Source of the DNA: Patescibacteria group bacterium
GTDB lineage: Bacteria; Patescibacteriota; Minisyncoccia; Portnoybacterales; UBA2143
Length of the DNA stretch: 64,000 nt
Direction: 5' to 3'
Assembly (NCBI GenBank): GCA_018830295.1
Contig: JAHJSM010000001.1
Location: 1,980-65,979, forward strand
Shown here: in pieces, positions 18,189 through 26,800 of the stretch
Layout of the letters: every line of letters starts with the position of its first letter
Numbering within the stretch: the stretch's first letter is position 1
The notes under the pieces: generated by a model
Seen by the model: only the letters and a program-made list of their open reading frames with translations
Told to the model about the DNA's origin: nothing
Database searches by the model: none
Program-made: the position numbers and the translations under genes

Positions 18189-19014
18189 GATTTTTATCAA
18201 TCTCGTCAAAATTAAAAACTGGACCGTCTTGGCAGACATATTTGCTCCCAGTCGCGCAGTGCTGGCACTTGCCCAACCCGCACTGCATCTTTCTTTCCAC
18301 ATTAACAAAAATTCTTCTATCGGCAATTCCCAATGGCCTCAATATTTTTTCAAGCGCCTCCATCATGGGCCCGGGGCCGCACATCGCCGCGACCGCATCA
18401 ACCGCGTTTATCTTTATATCATCAATTAATTCCGAAACCATTCCGACATATCCCTTCCAATTTTTATCCGGCTTATCAACCGTCAACAAAACCTTAATAT
18501 CTTTTTCCCATTTCTTAATCGCGTCCATCATTAATAAGTCCTTGGGCGTTCGCGCTCCGTAAATTAAATAGACATTCCCAAAATCTCCCCTGTTTTTAAT
18601 AATATACTCAATCAAAGCGGCAATGGGAGGAATGCCACATCCGCCCGTAACCATGACGACATCCTTGCCCGACATAAAATCAACGGGAAATCCATTTCCA
18701 TAAGGACCTCGCAAAAACGCTTCATCGCCTTCTTTTAATTGATGCAACTTCTCCGTCAAAACACCGGCCTTTCTAACAACCAAATCCAGATACCTTTTTT
18801 CATAAGGTGAGGAAGCCGCCCCAAAAGGCGCTTCGCCCCAGCCAAAAAGCCCAAACAAAAGAAATTGCCCCGGATTAAAAACCAGACCATTTTCATCCGC
18901 CTTAAACACACTCTTGCCTGGCTTCGGCGAGGCAAGGCGAAAACGGCTCACATTAGAAGAAAGTTTTTCTATCTTAATAATTTTAACTTTTTCTGGTTCG
19001 TAAATATTTTTCAT
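18181..19014 (-). CDS. Hydrogenase gamma subunit (FAD/NAD(P)-binding oxidoreductase with a [2Fe-2S] cluster)
   Basis: Flavin/NAD-binding fold, with CGLGKCQHC...C at the C-terminus. Confidence 0.85.
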   Translation of the reverse strand: MKNIYEPEKVKIIKIEKLSSNVSRFRLASPKPGKSVFKADENGLVFNPGQFLLFGLFGWGEAPFGAASSPYEKRYLDLVVRKAGVLTEKLHQLKEGDEAFLRGPYGNGFPVDFMSGKDVVMVTGGCGIPPIAALIEYIIKNRGDFGNVYLIYGARTPKDLLMMDAIKKWEKDIKVLLTVDKPDKNWKGYVGMVSELIDDIKINAVDAVAAMCGPGPMMEALEKILRPLGIADRRIFVNVERKMQCGLGKCQHCATGSKYVCQDGPVFNFDEIDKNHD

Positions 19015-19912
19015 AATCCTCCACTATCTCCATTAAAACGCCTGCGATTCCGATGCCGGCGGGACAGTTGTTTTTGCAATTTCCGCAGGCGACACATTGC
19101 GATTTTCCATATTCCTTGTAGGCGCGGACGAATTTGTGATAAAACCAATTGTAATACCGCTCTTTAACCGTCGGATGAAATTTATGCCCTCCGGCGATTT
19201 TTGAAAAATTAGGCAGAGTACAAGCGTCCCACTGGCGACAACGAGAACAACTCTCGCCGTCTAAATTAACTCTGTCCTCAATAGAAAAACAATGACATAA
19301 GGGACAAACATAAGTGCAAATTCCGCAACCCAAACATTTTTTCGCCAATTCGTCCCAAATTTTATGATTCGCCGACCAGGCGACCGCTTCCGCCAGCAAC
19401 TCCGAATCAAGAAGCATCTCTTTCATTGGATTTGAATCGGTTGAATATTTCTTAATAACTGGCTTGGCTATTTTTTTAATCAATTTACTTTTAATCGCCT
19501 TCTTTCCTTTTTCTGTTAAAACCAAAACCTGATATTGTTTAGAATTTATTTTTTCTAAAATAATATCCCCGCCCATTGGGACAATAACTGTATTATCAGT
19601 CAAACCGACTAAAACCGATTTTTCTCTTCTTCGCCAATAATAAAAATCTTTTCGCGGCTTCTCCATGATTTCGTCCAACTGCGTCATCGCTTCCAAATGC
19701 GCCATATTTAAACCAAAAAGCAAAACTCGCCCCTCATAATCGGGAACGCTTAACTTTTGGCTTTTCAAGTCAAAGTTAAATGTTTCTTCCTTAGGCGGAA
19801 AAAAATATTGCTTCGGAGGCAAGACGCTTTTCCGAACATCAAAAACCGCGAAGCCCTTTTTTAACTCCTTCAGCCAGTTTTTTATTTCTTTTTTTTCTAT
19901 TACTAAAGGCAT
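18983..19912 (-). CDS. Hydrogenase beta subunit (multi-cluster Fe-S protein)
   Basis: Several CxxCxxC...CP clusters (CLGCGICTYVCP, CVACGNCKNNCP). Confidence 0.85.
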   Translation of the reverse strand: MPLVIEKKEIKNWLKELKKGFAVFDVRKSVLPPKQYFFPPKEETFNFDLKSQKLSVPDYEGRVLLFGLNMAHLEAMTQLDEIMEKPRKDFYYWRRREKSVLVGLTDNTVIVPMGGDIILEKINSKQYQVLVLTEKGKKAIKSKLIKKIAKPVIKKYSTDSNPMKEMLLDSELLAEAVAWSANHKIWDELAKKCLGCGICTYVCPLCHCFSIEDRVNLDGESCSRCRQWDACTLPNFSKIAGGHKFHPTVKERYYNWFYHKFVRAYKEYGKSQCVACGNCKNNCPAGIGIAGVLMEIVEDYEKYLRTRKS

Positions 19913-19946
19913 TATTATTATAATATCACAAAACTCAAAAAAACAA

Positions 19947-19982
19947 AAATCCTGATTCTATTTTTATTTAAGAATCAGGATT
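19947..19982 (-). terminator. Rho-independent terminator: 12-bp stem AAATCCTGATTCT/AGAATCAGGATT, followed on the minus strand by TTTTGTTTTTTT
   Basis: Perfect inverted repeat spanning the stop of the 19975-20391 gene, just upstream of the hydrogenase operon. Confidence 0.55.
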
Positions 19983-20391
19983 CGTTCCGAATTTTTTTTA
20001 AAATTTTAACACAGAGATCCTCCACAGAATCTCTCTCGTTGACAATAACTGCCGGTATTCTGCTAAACATATTTCTTCTTCCTCTCCCTCGCGTTCTCGC
20101 TCGCGCTGTTATATTTTCGTGTTCCAACGCTCCAATCCAGGAACTTTTCGCATTCAATCCCACCGCCAAGTGATAGGCGCCCTTTATAATAATGACGATA
20201 AAATCAATTTTGCGTTTATCTATTGATTTAATTGTTGATGTCTTAAAAAAGTTAACAATTAATCTCTTTCTCTTAAGACGCCCAAGGGCTTCTTCCACTT
20301 TTTTTTCTGAAATATTGCCCCTCTCTCTTGTTCCGATATCACTCCTAAAAAAATCTTTCTTTTTGATTAAGTCAAAACCTATTCTTGCCAA
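19975..20391 (-). CDS. Hypothetical protein, possibly nuclease-like (weak)
   Basis: 138-aa basic protein with no firm family match. Confidence 0.4.
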   Translation of the reverse strand: MARIGFDLIKKKDFFRSDIGTRERGNISEKKVEEALGRLKRKRLIVNFFKTSTIKSIDKRKIDFIVIIIKGAYHLAVGLNAKSSWIGALEHENITARARTRGRGRRNMFSRIPAVIVNERDSVEDLCVKILKKIRNES

Positions 20392-20421
20392 GAGACCACC
20401 TCCTTTTTAATTATTAAAAAA

Positions 20422-21063
20422 CTACTTCGCAAGCGCTTTTTCAATCGCGTCTCTAAAAACGCTATACGGTTGATTACCGACAATTTGCTCGCCATTAACA
20501 AAGAAATTAGGCGTTCCGCTCACGCCATCTTCCTGCGCTTGTTCAAACCATTTTTCCACGCTCGTTTTATATTTCTCCGCGTCAAAACACAAATTAAATT
20601 CTTTCTGGTTTAATCCCAAATCAGCCGCTATTATTTTGATATCCTCCGCCGCCTTAAGTTCTGCCGCTTTTTCAAAAAGCTTCTCGTTAAATTCCGCGAA
20701 TTTGCCCTGGTCTTGCGCGCACAAAATGGCCATTCCTAATTCAAGCGGGGAAAGCAAACGGGAAATAAATTTAACCTTTCCTGTTTTAATATATTCATCC
20801 ATAATCAAGGGCAGGGTATCCCTGTGAAAATTAGCGCAATGCCCGCAAAAATGACTTGAATAATCTATGAGCGTTACTGGCGCGTCTGGGTTGCCTAAAA
20901 AAAACTCTTCGCCTAAAACAGCGTCTGTCTGCTTCTCGCCGCTTCCCAAAACAGAAGCCGCCTGCTTTGCCACATCCAACCCGTAATTCCCCGCGTACCA
21001 AACAACACCCGCCAAAAACGCGATTGCCACCACTCCGAAAATAATTGTTTTATTGTTTTGCAT
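20422..21063 (-). CDS. DsbA-family thiol:disulfide oxidoreductase (membrane-anchored)
   Basis: N-terminal TM helix and a CGHC active site. Confidence 0.8.
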   Translation of the reverse strand: MQNNKTIIFGVVAIAFLAGVVWYAGNYGLDVAKQAASVLGSGEKQTDAVLGEEFFLGNPDAPVTLIDYSSHFCGHCANFHRDTLPLIMDEYIKTGKVKFISRLLSPLELGMAILCAQDQGKFAEFNEKLFEKAAELKAAEDIKIIAADLGLNQKEFNLCFDAEKYKTSVEKWFEQAQEDGVSGTPNFFVNGEQIVGNQPYSVFRDAIEKALAK

Positions 21064-21097
21064 AAATTTAAGTTTAAAGTTTTATTTTTATTTCCCC

Positions 21098-21134
21098 CAT
21101 TTTACCACTAATCAAAAATCAACGCAAATTTTTC
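21098..21134 (-). promoter_or_regulatory. 37-bp repeat copy 1. Its reverse complement contains TTGCGT-N17-TGgTAAAAT, an extended -10 sigma70-like promoter, about 35 nt upstream of the dsbA-like start
   Basis: Identical to 22250-22286. Motif spacing was read directly. Confidence 0.5.
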
Positions 21135-21171
21135 AAAACAAAAAAACAACCCAAGCAAAAGGATTGTTTTT

Positions 21172-21555
21172 TTATTTAACGAAATCTTTTTTTAATTCCT
21201 TGGAAACGCACGGACTGCTTCTTATCAAGGCCTTCAATTCTTTAATGTCTTTGTCCGATACGGATATTCCAATAGGTTCAATTCCTGTCGCTTTAATAAG
21301 GTCATTTCCTGTCATATGAAATGACGCAATTCTTTTTTTAAATTCTTTCGTGTCTAAAGTTACAAAAGCAAATATTGTTCTACTCTCAAGGTCCCTTCCG
21401 CCATTAGATATTCTGCGATTATAAAGAGATGATATTTTTTCACTATCCTTTTTGTTTAAAATCCAAGCCGCGTATATTGTATCAGGGGTAATCTTTAAAA
21501 ATATGTATTCTTTGCCATTGTATCTAAAGACATCGCCAAAAGTTATAGTTATCAT
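21172..21555 (-). CDS. Hypothetical 127-aa protein, translationally coupled to the Panacea-domain gene; candidate toxin partner
   Basis: Its start codon lies 1 nt after the stop of the 21557-22099 gene. No recognisable family. Confidence 0.55.
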   Translation of the reverse strand: MITITFGDVFRYNGKEYIFLKITPDTIYAAWILNKKDSEKISSLYNRRISNGGRDLESRTIFAFVTLDTKEFKKRIASFHMTGNDLIKATGIEPIGISVSDKDIKELKALIRSSPCVSKELKKDFVK

Positions 21556-21556
21556 C

Positions 21557-22099
21557 TTATTTGATTAAATCCATTAGCAATTTTATTTCTTCCTTAGTAA
21601 CCTTGCAATCAGCATCATCAGCAGCGAGTATATATGGAATTTTGTCTAAAAGTTCCGTGCTATTCCATGGAGATTCTTTATGCGATTCATCCTCTATTTT
21701 TCTTGTGTTAACATTTCCAAATCTAATACATACTTTTTGAAGTATATCTAATTCGTTTTCAGAAAAATATTTTTCATCATCTTTGCTAAATTTTCTTAGC
21801 GGCAAAATTCTATGTATTTTTTGTCCTTCTAATGTTTCTATTTTTATCGTATCTGACAAAATTGCGTCATCCATATCGTCATCAACATTATCAACTAAAT
21901 TTTTTATGTTTGATGGTATTGGCCCGCGTTCTAAATGAACATAATCGTCATAAGTTACCGGCGATCCATACTGTTTTACATGCATAAAATCCAAAAAGTA
22001 GAAAAGTTTCATCAACTTAACTTTGCCCAAAAATCTAGGATTAGTATGCGCGCAAAAATACAAAAGAATAGCTTTTAATTTTGATATAGATATACGCAT
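21557..22099 (-). CDS. Panacea (DUF4065, SocA-like) antitoxin-domain protein
   Basis: KLMKLFYFLDFMHVKQYGSPVTYDDYVHLERGPIPS matches the Panacea/DUF4065 core (KLqKLlYfad...GrPit...Y.a...GPV). Confidence 0.7.
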   Translation of the reverse strand: MRISISKLKAILLYFCAHTNPRFLGKVKLMKLFYFLDFMHVKQYGSPVTYDDYVHLERGPIPSNIKNLVDNVDDDMDDAILSDTIKIETLEGQKIHRILPLRKFSKDDEKYFSENELDILQKVCIRFGNVNTRKIEDESHKESPWNSTELLDKIPYILAADDADCKVTKEEIKLLMDLIK

Positions 22100-22210
22100 T
22101 TTTATAATTTAGGCAAGACTCAAAACCACTCAAGATGATTATAACACATTAGAAACCCGCAAAAAAGGGTTCCTGACACCTTTTTCTTCCTTCTATGTTG
22201 ATTTTATTAC

Positions 22211-22237
22211 ATTATCAACATTGCCAATGTTGATAAT
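22211..22237. promoter_or_regulatory. 27-bp perfect palindrome ATTATCAACATTG-C-CAATGTTGATAAT in the leader between the promoter repeat and the Panacea gene; operator candidate
   Basis: 13-bp arms, read directly. Confidence 0.45.
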
Positions 22238-22249
22238 ACATTTATTTGA

Positions 22250-22286
22250 CATTTTACCACTAATCAAAAATCAACGCAAATTTTTG
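22250..22286 (-). promoter_or_regulatory. 37-bp repeat copy 2 (same promoter-like sequence), about 150 nt upstream of the Panacea gene
   Basis: Exact duplicate of 21098-21134. Confidence 0.5.
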
Positions 22287-22294
22287 TAAATAAA

Positions 22295-22323
22295 AAAGTG
22301 TTCAACCCTGAAGGTTGAACACT
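22295..22323 (-). terminator. Terminator hairpin GTGTTCAACC-CTGA-AGGTTGAACAC with a minus-strand T-run; a second copy lies at 30540-30566
   Basis: Perfect 10-bp stem. It lies just downstream of the 22337-23143 gene. Confidence 0.6.
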
Positions 22324-22336
22324 TTTTACTCTTCTC

Positions 22337-23143
22337 TTATTGTATTTTCCGCTTTCTCTTCCTAATCACAATCAAAACGCACAAAACTAATAAAACAATT
22401 CCTAAAATAATCAGCCATTCGCCTGAACCCAATCCCGCAATGCCGGCCAAAAGACCATTCTGATTATTTTCTTCCTCTTGGTCTAAAACTATTACTTGTT
22501 CATCGTCCTGCTTCTCGCTAACCTCATCTTTTGTTCCCAAACCCTCTCCTTCGTCTTTCCCCTCATCTTCTTTCGCGTCTTCTGAAAAAACTGGCGTTTC
22601 CGCTTTTGGCGTCTTTACCGATGGCGCAACTGGCGCGGCTGGAATTGTTGGAACTGGCGCTGGCGCCGCAATATTCACAGCCGTTTGAACTATTGAACCG
22701 CTTAAAATGTCTTGATTTTCCGCGTTAAGAACCATTGAATTACTTCCTAATCCAATCACTCCGCTACCAGATTTTTTGGCTGTAAACGAAACTGTCCCAA
22801 AAGCAACCGCCGAAGACAGCCCGCCCGGGTAGCCAGCCGTTTTAATAAGAATGCCGTTGGTATTATCAATTAAATCGTATCCCGACGCAGAAAGAGCCAT
22901 CCAGTTACTGCCAAAATTAAACGACTTTACTTCTAATAAATCAGCGGGATACTCAAGTTCTGCTTTCGTTGTATAACTTTTAACCCCTTGAGGATTGATT
23001 GACACAACCAAATCAAAATTCTCTCCTTGAACAACATTGACATTAACTGGCGAAAATGAAATAGTCGCCGCCGCAAAAACAGAACTCGCTAAAACAATTC
23101 CTCCTAAAACAGTTAGTATAGTTATTAATTTAGTTTTATTCAT
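22337..23143 (-). CDS. Cell-surface protein with a cohesin-like N-terminal domain, a Pro/Ala linker, an acidic region and a C-terminal TM anchor plus basic tail
   Basis: Signal peptide. GENFDLVVSINPQGVKSYTTKAELEYPADLLEV resembles the cohesin core. C-terminal LIILGIVLLVLCVLIVIRKRKRK. Confidence 0.6.
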   Translation of the reverse strand: MNKTKLITILTVLGGIVLASSVFAAATISFSPVNVNVVQGENFDLVVSINPQGVKSYTTKAELEYPADLLEVKSFNFGSNWMALSASGYDLIDNTNGILIKTAGYPGGLSSAVAFGTVSFTAKKSGSGVIGLGSNSMVLNAENQDILSGSIVQTAVNIAAPAPVPTIPAAPVAPSVKTPKAETPVFSEDAKEDEGKDEGEGLGTKDEVSEKQDDEQVIVLDQEEENNQNGLLAGIAGLGSGEWLIILGIVLLVLCVLIVIRKRKRKIQ

Positions 23144-23157
23144 AATTTTTTGTCAAC

Positions 23158-23781
23158 CTATCCCGTCCAATAAGTCATTAATAAATTAAAGTCAAAAATA
23201 TCAACTGTTCCATTATTATCAAAGTCAGCCACATTACCACTCCCCGTCTTTCCCCAATTAATTACTAATGAGTTAAAGTCCAAAATATCAATTTTGTCAT
23301 CTCCATTAGTATCTACTACTTGAGCCGCCGCGCTAAGCGGACTTACTGGAGAAGGAGTTGACGAACCGCCGCTGCTGCTACCGCCAGAAGACACAGGAGG
23401 CGCCGGGGGTGGAGAAACTGGACTAATAACAGATAAATCAAGATAAACAATTGGATTCGTAGCAACATTAAGAGATTCGCATTGATTAGCATCATCAGCA
23501 ATCCCAATAACTTTGAATTTTATCATTTTGCCTTCATTAACGCTACCATCAGGGACATCAATAGAATATCTACCCTGAATTGTTACTGTTGTATTAGCAA
23601 CTTCTTTATCTTCTATTTCCGCTGTGATTATAGCGCCAACCGGCGCTAAACTACCATCAACTTCAACACTACCATAAACCAAAAGAGGTATTGATGGAGG
23701 AGAAGATTGGGCTAACGCCATCACAGGTATAATCAAAGCAGAAATTGTTAAGATAGTTAATAATTGTAATTTTGTTTTCAT
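23158..23781 (-). CDS. Secreted protein with a C-terminal dockerin-like tandem Ca-binding repeat
   Basis: Signal peptide. DTNGDDKIDILDFNSLVINWG ... DFDNNGTVDIFDFNLLMTYW is a dockerin type I-like duplicated EF-hand-like segment. Confidence 0.65.
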   Translation of the reverse strand: MKTKLQLLTILTISALIIPVMALAQSSPPSIPLLVYGSVEVDGSLAPVGAIITAEIEDKEVANTTVTIQGRYSIDVPDGSVNEGKMIKFKVIGIADDANQCESLNVATNPIVYLDLSVISPVSPPPAPPVSSGGSSSGGSSTPSPVSPLSAAAQVVDTNGDDKIDILDFNSLVINWGKTGSGNVADFDNNGTVDIFDFNLLMTYWTG

Positions 23782-23823
23782 AATTATTTTCTTAATGTTA
23801 AATACACCAAGTATTTAAGCATT

Positions 23824-26800
23824 TTATTTTTCGTTAAAAGTTACAATATTTCCTGCTTGATTCATCCACAACCAATATCCTTCTCCTGAATTCATATAGT
23901 CATCAGTTCTATTTACATTATTCTCATCTGATAGTATATAACTTCCTGTTAAACTTTGAAGATAAGTTGAGCTTAACATGCGAGCTGAAGTCGATTTCAA
24001 TCCAATAAGATTCCATCCTTGTACCACTTCATAGGTAGGCGATGGATTAGAAAATTCTGGCATCTCTGTCCCTGTTACAGTCAAAACAGCAGGGTTGGTC
24101 ATGTTTACCCAATAACCTTTTCCGTCTTCCATTGTTGTTAATGTTTTTACTTGACCAGGAACATAGTTTAACCATTCACCTGAATTATAATATTTTACTA
24201 ATATAATCTTATCGTTTATACCAGTAAGCACTGTGGCTATGTCAGTATTGCTAAATATCACTGGCAATGAAATTAAGTTCCAACCAGTGTTTAATTGAAT
24301 ATCGCAAGTCCATGTTCCACCGCCATTATCAGTACAAATCGGAGTTGGTTCAACCACCGCTTCTGTAATACTAATACTTCTAGCACTTGAGCCTTCCTTG
24401 CCAACTTCATCAGTAACAATAATTCTTATTGCTACATTCTCCCCAATAGCTTCTTCTGGCACAGTCCATTGGTAAAATGGTTGTGGATTATTATCGCTTT
24501 CTATAATCGTTGTCCAATTTGTTCCGCCATCCTTGGAATAATCTAATTTTGTTTTCAAATCTCCCATTGCAGTAATATTATCCGAAGCGTCCCAAGTAAT
24601 ATTATGGACTGAACCTGCTTGCCAATTCTCGCCTCCGTTAGGATTAATTAATTCAACGGTTGGAGAAGTGCTATCAACGCTTATTCCAAAAGCATCCACA
24701 TTTTGAGATATAATATTGTTTCCCGCTAAATCAGTAACTGTTATTTTTATATAACATTTAGAACTATTAACATTGGGAACAAGCCATGAATATTCACCAT
24801 CATTTGCTGTATTTATCACAATATCGTTCCAACTGTATTTATTATCATCAGAATATTTTAGTTTAATAGGCGCATTACTAAAATTATCATCTATGGCATC
24901 CCATTTTATAAGATATTGAGAACCGCCTTGTAGTGTTGAAGGGAAAACAAGAAGCGCGACTGTCGGCGTGTTGGCATCAATAGTTTTAGCAACATCACTT
25001 CCATCAACTGCAATTGAAACATTGCCTGCTGGGTCAGTTGCTTGCGCTCCTGTTAATTGTAAGGTAGTAGTTTGATCACTTTGCCCCTCTTCTACTGTAT
25101 AAGTTGCGGTATAAATATCTCCGCCGCTAACTGCAGTCCAAGTTAAATTTCCGCCGTTATAAGTGGCAGGGGTAATAGTTAAACCAGTTTCAGTAGTAGC
25201 GACATCAACTGTAAAAGTGACAGTATCTCCGATTTTTAACCAGCCTGCGCCAGTAGCGTCTGAAGTAACTGAACTGATTACTGGGGTATTAGCGTCAATT
25301 GCTAAAGTGTTGGCAGTTACGGTCGTATAGGCGATATTTTCATTACCTGCTGTGTCTTTTAGAATTACACTCGCTGTGATTGCGCCAGAAGCTACATCAA
25401 GATTTCCTTCTACCACAAGATAAGTTGCCGTATATGTATTATCGTTATTATCAACTAACGGGGCAGTAACATCTACGCTATTTACAGTGATAACACTGGC
25501 AGTATAACCAACCGCATCGGCAGTAATAGTTAAAATGACTGTATCGCCTACTTTAGCGGTTCCCGAATTTGGACTAACTTCAATTTTACTGATAGTCGGT
25601 GCGACTGTATCTACCGTCCAAGTATAAGTTGTCGCGCTTCCTTCTGCCTGCCAATTACCTGCTTGATCTCTTCCAATTACAGAAATTATATGAGAATCCT
25701 CGCTTAATCCGGTCTCACTTATTGCGGTAGCGAACGGTGTTTCTGCTCCATAACCTCTATCGTCTAAATCATATTTATAATAAACAACTTGATCACCGCT
25801 TACACTTAAAGTAATTTCATCACTGCTAATTGGACTAACTACATCTGGTAATATTGCAATTGGCGCAGTTTCGTCAATCAGATCGCAACTTTCATTAGTA
25901 CACCAAGGTCTGTAATTAAAATTACCACTTAAACTACCGATGCCGATTCCGTTTGGATTATCCGCATGAATTGGTCCTGAGGCGCTTCCCCACCAATTTT
26001 CCGCAAAAGCTTGACTAATTGACCCATAATTAATTACTGGGGAATTAAATTTATTTCTTTGTACTAAATAATTACTAGCATAATCAGCAATTCCTATATC
26101 TTCCGCATTGTCATGAAAATAATTTAACTTTACAGTCGCGTAGTTGATAGCGCCTATGCCAGCCGTATTATTATAGAATTCATTATTCTCTATATTAACA
26201 ATCCCGCTTCCGCTATTACCTAAATAAACCCCGGAAGTTAAATCGTGTATTGTATTATTTGTTATATTAACTCCATATACACCGGGTCTATCAAATAATA
26301 CACCTCTTCCACCAACGCTTGCTCCTTGCCCTACAAGAATATTATTAGATATTACAACACTAGTTACGCCAACTGGCAAATCTATTAAAACGCCGCCTGC
26401 GGATATTGTAAATTCCGTTACAGATACATCGTTGGCTGTAATTTCTAAATTACCATTAATAGTAGTGATGTTTTTTCCAGCGCCAACTAGATTTAACGCT
26501 TTATTAATTGTTAAATTTTCAGCATAAGTCCCAGCCGAGACATTAATTGTATCTCCCTCTGTCGCCTTGTTAATCGCTTCTTGAATGTTTATAAAATCAA
26601 CATCAGTTGTCCCAAAAGTAACATCAACAATCAATATTTTATTATAATTATAAACAAAAGAAACTGAATCTTTACTAACAGTATTCCCAGCAGAATCAGT
26701 AGCCGAAAGAACTAATGCATTTCTTCCATCATTTAAGTTAGCATTAGGAATCATTGCACCTAAACAACTAACATCAATTAGTGTTCCGCCATTTATAGTG

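Noticed and set aside
19975-20391. YraN/Mrr-type nuclease assignment for the 138-aa protein
   Set aside because: The motif resemblance (G..E...L, a hydrophobic stretch, then K) is too loose to name a family; left as hypothetical.
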